Sequence record: NC_062581.1
Length of the DNA stretch: 64,000 bases
Direction: 5' to 3' (one strand)
Shown here: piece after piece, positions 58,275 to 64,000 of the stretch
Layout: every line of letters starts with the position of its first letter
How positions within the stretch are numbered: position 1 is the stretch's first letter
Program-made: the position numbers and the translations under genes
The notes under the pieces: generated by a model
What the model saw: only the letters and a program-made list of their open reading frames with translations
Told to the model about the DNA's origin: nothing
The model's database searches: none

Positions 58275-58442
58275 ATGACGACTTTCAAAATTGGTAAGGT
58301 TTCTGTTAACACTAAAACAGGCAAAATCAATATTGATCGTCGTACGATCAAAAAGACCGATCCGAAATGGCACCATGTTGCTTACGTAGCAATTGGTGTG
58401 GTTGCAACTCTGATTGCTGCCGACTACATTCGTAACAAATAA
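58275..58442 (+). CDS. 55-aa protein with C-terminal TM helix (absent from the ORF track)
   Basis: MTTFKIGKVSVNTKTGKINIDRRTIKKTDPKWHHVAYVAIGVVATLIAADYIRNK; AAGGA RBS. Confidence 0.7.
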   Translation: MTTFKIGKVSVNTKTGKINIDRRTIKKTDPKWHHVAYVAIGVVATLIAADYIRNK

Positions 58443-58468
58443 CCCAATGTTGTAAATAGGAGCTACAA

Positions 58469-58636
58469 ATGAAATTGTCTACCGCTATCACTCTGATCGG
58501 CGTAAGTGCACTCGGCTACGTGGCATACCGCTACTTGTCGGATACGTCTGTCACCATTGAAGGCGAGCTGGTTCAAAAAGAAGACCAACTGTTGCTGCCA
58601 GCACCAGAGCAAAAGGGTGATGCTCCGCAAGAGTGA
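58469..58636 (+). CDS. 55-aa protein with N-terminal TM/signal helix (absent from the ORF track)
   Basis: MKLSTAITLIGVSALGYVAYRYLSDTSVTIEGELVQKEDQLLLPAPEQKGDAPQE; AGGAG RBS. Confidence 0.75.
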   Translation: MKLSTAITLIGVSALGYVAYRYLSDTSVTIEGELVQKEDQLLLPAPEQKGDAPQE

Positions 58637-58686
58637 CATACCGCCCCCTCCAATTAGGAGGGGGCAGGTTGCTTTTTCTTTTTATG
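58635..58686. terminator. Bidirectional hairpin at a convergent junction
   Basis: GACATACC-GCCCCCTCC-AATTA-GGAGGGGGC, then a T-rich tract ending TTTATGC. Confidence 0.75.
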
Positions 58687-59140
58687 CTGCGTCAGGGTCT
58701 TGCAGGTCACGAATAGCTTTCATACGTTCTTGGAATTGGTCAGCTGTTTCATTAACCAAACCAATGTGATCCTCACCATCCGCATGTTCAAAGTTACCTA
58801 GGTCTTCTAGTTTAACATCTGGTGCACGGCCTGCTGGAATAGTGTGAACTTCTTCAGCAGTACGTTCAAACGGGTTCTTGTTCTTGGCCAGACGAATCAT
58901 CTCGGCCATAGCACCCAACAGATCGTTGTTAGACTTATTGCCTTCTTGTTCAATCTGGTTACGCTTAGCAGCAATTGCCGTTTGCGTGTGGTCTTTAGTA
59001 GCCTTGAGGATAATGTCAAAATCATCTTTATCGCATTGTGCCAATCCTTCTGCCATCTTCTGGATAACAATGGATTCACGGATTTCCTGGCCCCAAGCCA
59101 GCTGTTCGTCATAGGTCATGGTTTGAGCTGCGTGACTCAT
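58682..59140 (-). CDS. Conserved hypothetical helical protein
   Basis: 152 aa, AAGGA RBS. Confidence 0.65.
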   Translation of the reverse strand: MSHAAQTMTYDEQLAWGQEIRESIVIQKMAEGLAQCDKDDFDIILKATKDHTQTAIAAKRNQIEQEGNKSNNDLLGAMAEMIRLAKNKNPFERTAEEVHTIPAGRAPDVKLEDLGNFEHADGEDHIGLVNETADQFQERMKAIRDLQDPDAA

Positions 59141-59222
59141 GGGATGTTCCTTATTCTTTACGAGTAAATGAATACTCGACAGGTTAACAATATACCGTAA
59201 TCGGCATTCTGGAGTTCATAAG

Positions 59223-59774
59223 ATGTTCTCGAAGATCATCAACAAAATCAGGGCTTGGAGACTTTCCTCTAAGTTGGAACACTATGCGGAGATCCTCGAA
59301 GACATCGACGGGGCAAACTGCAAACCCGAAGAGTACCCCGTAAAACTCAAAGAATTCTGGCGGTTGTTTGATATGTCACTACTGGACGGCTTAGCCATTC
59401 GTGATGTGATGGGTCATGTTGGACAACTGCGACATCGTACATTTGCAGAGTTACACCGATTGTTATTGGATGCAAATGACGCTATCGCAAACGAGCAGGA
59501 TTCACGGATTGATTATGTTTTGCGTACAGGTCTGCAACATCAAAAAGAAGTAGATCTAGACAATTACTTTTTCGATCCAGTGCATGGACATTTGGACATC
59601 AGGGAATGTCTGGAACAATTGCGACAACTGCTACAAGCACACTGTGGTATCCTAGATAACATCGAAGGTACCTACGGGCAACGAAAGATGCTACATGCTT
59701 ACTTTGATATCTATACGTTGTCTGACATGATCATTGACGTCCTTCACGACAAGGGAGAAATCGTATTCCAATAG
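59223..59774 (+). CDS. Conserved hypothetical protein
   Basis: 183 aa, GGAG RBS. Confidence 0.7.
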   Translation: MFSKIINKIRAWRLSSKLEHYAEILEDIDGANCKPEEYPVKLKEFWRLFDMSLLDGLAIRDVMGHVGQLRHRTFAELHRLLLDANDAIANEQDSRIDYVLRTGLQHQKEVDLDNYFFDPVHGHLDIRECLEQLRQLLQAHCGILDNIEGTYGQRKMLHAYFDIYTLSDMIIDVLHDKGEIVFQ

Positions 59775-59828
59775 ACAGGTTTTAGTAATACCAAACCCTC
59801 TTAACATCCACCGTAGGTGACAAGCAAC

Positions 59829-60575
59829 ATGGAATCCGTAAAAGATCTACTGACCGACCCGCTTAAAGGTAAGAATCGTGCTCAAGGCGTATTGTGCTTT
59901 CTCTTTCGAGAAGTATTGCTTTGGCGTCGTGTAAACCAGATCGTTTGGAATAAACGACTGACGGCGTATTTTGAAAAACCACACAACCAAGAAAAGCCAG
60001 ATAAAGGTAACTTGAATAAAGCCCTTTTGAATGATGACTTGCCTTGGGCTGGTTTTAAGAAAGCGATCGATTTCCTTTCACCCATGCAAGCAACATTGGT
60101 GATGGACTATACCTGGCAAAATGGCAGTAGCACTTCGTACGAAATTGTGATTGATCCAGCAGCTGATGAAAAACATCACTACAAGGATACCTTTACGTAC
60201 GCTGAATGTAACGTATTCGACAAAGCCAAAAAACCAGTGTCGACGCTGGCATACTTATTCCGACACATTGTAGCCCAAGAAGGGATCAATGAAGAACAGT
60301 GGGAAAAGTTGTTTGCGGACTATTCTGAAAATCCTGTAAATCAAGTTGGAGTTAACAAGACGGAGCTTAACTCTACAATCAGCATGATGAAGCGAGCGCT
60401 TTTGGATGGGAAGCTTTCGTGGAACGTGTTCCGTCGTGGTATTCTGTTAATGAAGCCACAAAAAGAAGTGTACACCTTGAAGTTGAAGTGGACAGATGAT
60501 CCGCACTTGATCCTCAGCATGCCCGATGTTGAGTACTCTGCCACTATCGAAGACCCGTACAGTGAGAAAGCGTAA
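59829..60575 (+). CDS. Hypothetical protein with an internal tandem domain duplication
   Basis: Two copies of L..LFR......IN...W......Y...P.NQ...AL.....W..F...I. Confidence 0.7.
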   Translation: MESVKDLLTDPLKGKNRAQGVLCFLFREVLLWRRVNQIVWNKRLTAYFEKPHNQEKPDKGNLNKALLNDDLPWAGFKKAIDFLSPMQATLVMDYTWQNGSSTSYEIVIDPAADEKHHYKDTFTYAECNVFDKAKKPVSTLAYLFRHIVAQEGINEEQWEKLFADYSENPVNQVGVNKTELNSTISMMKRALLDGKLSWNVFRRGILLMKPQKEVYTLKLKWTDDPHLILSMPDVEYSATIEDPYSEKA

Positions 60576-60958
60576 TGCAAAAAGTTCTTAACCTGAGCAC
60601 AATCACCCGAGACAATCCCTTCTCGGTGGATAACCAAACATCCAAACAAACAGCAACAGGTTTAAACTTTTATACCTATCGTGGGTTACGCATGTATCTA
60701 ATTACTGGTTCTAATGAACCGGGTTGGCTGCATGCACGTTACGCCCCCGACTTTGATAAGCTGCATCGGAAACAAGCGGCTTATGTATACGTTCGTGATC
60801 TACAATCGATCATGCGTGGTGCTTTGGTTCGTGATATTGCTAAGCGACCTATGGTTAAGCTTATTGCAAATCGCAAAACCGAAGTAATCACCGATAGTGA
60901 TTCGCCAGCAGATATTGAATGGCGAGACATTGTGCAATCTGTTGTATCGGGTCTTTAA
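60575..60958 (+). CDS. Hypothetical protein
   Basis: 127 aa, TAATG coupling. Confidence 0.6.
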   Translation: MQKVLNLSTITRDNPFSVDNQTSKQTATGLNFYTYRGLRMYLITGSNEPGWLHARYAPDFDKLHRKQAAYVYVRDLQSIMRGALVRDIAKRPMVKLIANRKTEVITDSDSPADIEWRDIVQSVVSGL

Positions 60959-60969
60959 CCTAGATAAGT

Positions 60970-60996
60970 GGCCTCCCTTCGGGGAGGCTGCTATGT
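60970..60996 (+). terminator. Hairpin with TATG tail
   Basis: GGCCTCCC-TTCG-GGGAGGCT-GCTATGTC. Confidence 0.7.
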
Positions 60997-61039
60997 CTGA
61001 TCTTATGAATCCCGTATTTTTTTTTTCAAGGTAAACAAA

Positions 61040-62080
61040 ATGGCAGCTTTAGCACTCCCGTCATTTCTGGGGTCACCAGAAGACAGAACAAAAGTAGTTG
61101 ATGCATACTCAGAAGTCAGTTCCAAATTAAGAACATCACTATCTTCTAAAATCGATGTGTTTTCCTCAGGCCTAGATGGGGCGTTTGATAAAGCCGTTGG
61201 TATTACAAAAGGCATTGGTGAGAAACTTCGTACCAATGCAATTGATCTACCATCTGCCATTAAACGAGTTCAGGGTGCACTAGCAGGTTCTCGATCTGAT
61301 ATTACTAAGATTGCCAGTGCTACTGAAAAGTTAATCATGGGTGAGCTTACAGGTACTGACACAAGTACTAACTATGTTAAGTCCGCTACCGATATTGCTC
61401 GGGGTGTTGAAATCATTGTTGGTGATGGTCGAACCGTAATTGATACGTTAAAGAACGGTGGTTATAATCAGGTCAGTTCTATTGTTAATTTTATTTCCGA
61501 TCTAACGGGTAGTTCGTTAATTAAAACATTTGACTTAGGTGCAGAAGCAGCTATCTTACGTGGTGTAATTGAAGAAGTATCTGGTTGGGGTATTCCGACT
61601 CTAATTGACACAGTAATGAAAGATCAATCTGACATTACTAAATACACCGTAATTAAACGATCTGCTGAACGTATCTCTGCATCCAGTTCGTTAGATGTGT
61701 TGTTGGCCTATGCTAATGTAAATGGTACAACAGGTCTAAACATTGGTGCCAATGCACTTAATGCAAACACCCCAGACTTTGCAACTAAAGTACTGTCCAA
61801 CTTTGCTTTTGTTGAAGGCGTAACCGTAGCTGATTATCCAGCACAATTAGCTAAACTTGTAGAACTAATGAACAAACTTAAACCTGATTGGTTTTGGACT
61901 GTCCGTGGTAATCAACAAGTATGGAATCTAGGTAGCTTAGCAAATGCATCTGAAAATGCAGTAACATTGTTTCTTTCAAGTCCGGTATACCGTGACGCTA
62001 TCTTGACTGCGCCTTTCTATCAACCAGCACGTGTTGAAGAACTAGTTAACACCATGTACCCATTGACCACTACGGACTAA
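61040..62080 (+). CDS. Virion structural protein (gp174 position)
   Basis: 346 aa; synteny near the protease. Confidence 0.6.
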   Translation: MAALALPSFLGSPEDRTKVVDAYSEVSSKLRTSLSSKIDVFSSGLDGAFDKAVGITKGIGEKLRTNAIDLPSAIKRVQGALAGSRSDITKIASATEKLIMGELTGTDTSTNYVKSATDIARGVEIIVGDGRTVIDTLKNGGYNQVSSIVNFISDLTGSSLIKTFDLGAEAAILRGVIEEVSGWGIPTLIDTVMKDQSDITKYTVIKRSAERISASSSLDVLLAYANVNGTTGLNIGANALNANTPDFATKVLSNFAFVEGVTVADYPAQLAKLVELMNKLKPDWFWTVRGNQQVWNLGSLANASENAVTLFLSSPVYRDAILTAPFYQPARVEELVNTMYPLTTTD

Positions 62081-62082
62081 AT

Positions 62083-62538
62083 ATGAAAGCAGTATTAATT
62101 ACAGGCAATCCCAAATACATTAACAATGAAGTCGCCCGTAGTTACTACCGCGAAATCACGGAGTTCCTACAAGAACACGGTGTTGATGTTGTTACTGACC
62201 CAGGTGCAGATTACACATGCCCACCACATGCTGATTTTTATATTGGTCATTCTCGGGGTGCTGGTAGATTCCGATGTGTTGAAGATACTGAACAACGTAA
62301 TGACTTTTTAATGTTTGGTGATCCAGATGGATACATCCATCCAGTTGATCTTGCCTGGCAAGAAGCAAACCCACCTAAGCCTGGGAGATTTAATCCACCA
62401 CCAGTGGAACACTTTGAATTCTACCCAGAACAGCAACAGGCCATTCTGAATAAGATTCAAGAATTGAAACATAAGACTACGCCCAGTAATGGAACACGTC
62501 AGTCTCCCGGTTTAGGTCGTCCTCGTCCTCGCGGATAA
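62083..62538 (+). CDS. Minimal alpha/beta-hydrolase-like protein
   Basis: KAVLITG beta-strand, FYIGHSRGAG nucleophile elbow, candidate Asp (GDPDG or PVD) and His (VEHF). Confidence 0.55.
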   Translation: MKAVLITGNPKYINNEVARSYYREITEFLQEHGVDVVTDPGADYTCPPHADFYIGHSRGAGRFRCVEDTEQRNDFLMFGDPDGYIHPVDLAWQEANPPKPGRFNPPPVEHFEFYPEQQQAILNKIQELKHKTTPSNGTRQSPGLGRPRPRG

Positions 62539-62566
62539 TCTCCCCTACGGGAGAGGCTTTATGCCG
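62539..62566 (+). terminator. Hairpin with TATG tail
   Basis: TCTCCC-CTAC-GGGAGA-GGCTTTATGCCG. Confidence 0.7.
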
Positions 62567-62567
62567 T

Positions 62568-62598
62568 TATTTAAACCATTTAAAAGCCTATATTACAA
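62568..62598 (+). promoter_or_regulatory. Phage early-type promoter, class B
   Basis: TATTTAAACCATTTAAAAGCCTATATTACAA. Confidence 0.75.
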
Positions 62599-62627
62599 AT
62601 GGGAATACACACTAAAAGGAAATAATC

Positions 62628-63008
62628 GTGGCCCTAAGTAATATGTCAAATTTTGCTTACAATGTACTGCATTCGCAACTTGAATACATTGCACGTGCAT
62701 GGGTCTGCTGGTTCACACCGGAAGAACATGAAGCAATGAAAGAACTCGATGGCATTAAGCTTTCTATTGCCAACACGGCACTGTGCAAAGCTTATCGCTT
62801 TGATGTAAAAGTGGGTGCTGGTCAAGTAAGTTTTTATGTGAACTACCTGGCTGGTGAATACCATAGTTGTTCATCTTCATCAAGCGGAACGTTAGGTGTA
62901 TTCAGTGCTTCTCTGGAAGCATTGCAAACGTTAACGCTGGCTATGCTGAAACGTCTTGAGCAGTACGCCCGAGACAATAATTTCTCGCCAGATAACCTGG
63001 CACATTAA
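62628..63008 (+). CDS. Hypothetical early protein
   Basis: 126 aa, AAAGGA RBS, GTG start. Confidence 0.7.
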   Translation: MALSNMSNFAYNVLHSQLEYIARAWVCWFTPEEHEAMKELDGIKLSIANTALCKAYRFDVKVGAGQVSFYVNYLAGEYHSCSSSSSGTLGVFSASLEALQTLTLAMLKRLEQYARDNNFSPDNLAH

Positions 63009-63010
63009 AA

Positions 63011-63044
63011 CGACATAAAGGCTATCTACAAAGATAGCCTTTTT
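63011..63044. terminator. Hairpin terminator
   Basis: CGACATAA-AGGCTATCT-ACAA-AGATAGCCT-TTTT. Confidence 0.65.
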
Positions 63045-63068
63045 AATTAAGTAAACAAGAGGTTTTAA

Positions 63069-63335
63069 ATGGTTAACAAGTCTAACGTATTCACTGTGAT
63101 TCATAACTTGGTTGCTCGCCCAGAAGCTGAGAAAGGTTTTACTTTCACTATGGGTGATACCTGCATCAATTACGATTCGGATTCCAAGATGTTCACCGTG
63201 GTTAAGAATGGTCGTAAGATCATTAGCTACAACGTAGATACTCGTTCGGGTTCTACAGCAATGACCGGTACTAATGCCGGTAACGTTGCCGCTGCTATTG
63301 ACGCAGGTGCTTTCCGCCACTTTCGAGTGGCGTGA
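63069..63335 (+). CDS. Small hypothetical protein
   Basis: 88 aa, GAGG RBS, high-expression codons. Confidence 0.7.
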   Translation: MVNKSNVFTVIHNLVARPEAEKGFTFTMGDTCINYDSDSKMFTVVKNGRKIISYNVDTRSGSTAMTGTNAGNVAAAIDAGAFRHFRVA

Positions 63336-63385
63336 CAACATAATAGCCACCCGCTGGGGTGGCTAATGTTCGTTCTTTTTTTTTT
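63336..63385. terminator. Bidirectional hairpin at a convergent junction
   Basis: CAACATAAT-AGCCACCC-GCTG-GGGTGGCT-AATGTTCG plus a poly-T tract. Confidence 0.8.
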
Positions 63386-63393
63386 GTTAACGC

Positions 63394-64000
63394 ATGTACG
63401 CAGGACGACGTACTGCTGGGCGACGTTCCCAACCAAGGTTACGGATCAGATCAGTTACATCTAAAGTAGCTGCACTTTCCAAACCTAAACGTTTACGACG
63501 TTCAGCTTCATCTTGCATTCCCCACAGAGTAGTAGGGTTGATGGTCATCTCGTTAGATTCAAAGTTCTCAAGTGCAGGAGAATTGTGTTTACCTGCTACG
63601 TAGATGCCACCTTCACCAACGAAGTCCCAAGTAGAGATTTCACGGGTGTACTTAATACCACGCATTACGTCGTCTTGTGTAATCGAACGTACGGAGCAAT
63701 AAGTATTGATGTGTGGATTGGTAATGGAGTCTTGGAATATTTTTGCGTAAGGACCGTAAGGTTTAACTTCAGCAATAACCAACTTACAAGGACGACCTTG
63801 TTCATCTTTACCATCAACAATAGTCAATGCACGGATGTGCGCACAAACTCGATCATCGTCGATCTTACGAATACGTTGAAGGTACTCGCGATCATCCATA
63901 GGTTTCCGAAACTTACGACCATCAATAAGCAAATCGGTAAACGGTTCAGGATGTTTAAACTCCATATACAGCACGTTCTTAAGCAAACGGCGCATCAGTG
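63394..64000 (-). CDS. Prohead (head maturation) protease, phiKZ gp175/T4 gp21 fold; N-terminus outside the window
   Basis: MEFKHP, VCAHI (His), CSVRS (Ser), TWDFV; self-cleavage-type ALE and GLE sites near the C-terminus. Confidence 0.85.

Noticed and set aside
58682-59140. Small terminase assignment for the 152-aa helical protein
   Set aside because: Only general helical architecture supports it; there is no diagnostic motif and no adjacent large terminase.
1-64000. tRNA, rRNA or CRISPR loci
   Set aside because: Intergenic gaps are short and explained by terminators or promoters; no cloverleaf or repeat-spacer pattern was seen. tRNAscan-SE would confirm this.

Overview
The window is a contiguous segment of a phiKZ-like (Chimalliviridae-type, nucleus-forming) jumbo myophage genome, probably infecting Pseudomonas. 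Gene order matches the phiKZ gp118-gp175 block as I recall it; gp numbers are from memory and synteny, not from a database search. Left to right it encodes: DnaB-like helicase (partial), major capsid protein, a non-virion RNA polymerase beta-like subunit, portal, baseplate/tail-fibre paralogues, RuvC, a lysis cassette (overlapping spanins, putative holin, PG-binding lytic transglycosylase), a 1496-aa collagen-like fibre, a virion RNAP beta C-terminal subunit, UvsX/RecA, RNase H, internal head proteins with [SAG]-x-E maturation sites, spike plus PAAR, SbcC, early accessory genes and the prohead protease (partial). I saw no tRNA, CRISPR array, intron or transposase. The two strongest unexplained signals are apparent translational recoding events in head genes. 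First, the capsid UGA stop is followed in frame by 27 codons carrying a triple R-x-x-E-[DT]-G-type motif that also ends the 179-aa protein at 30196-30735, suggesting readthrough. Second, an A_AAG tetramer plus GC hairpin at the stop of an internal head protein would, by -1 frameshift, fuse a protease-cleavable ParB/Srx-like domain that has no RBS of its own. Also notable are two catalytically dead paralogues of the prohead protease, about 17 hairpins with TATG-type tails, two classes of TATATTAC promoters, tandem foldon-like motifs, a second spanin-like pair, a 2OG-Fe(II) oxygenase pair and a minimal GHSRG hydrolase.
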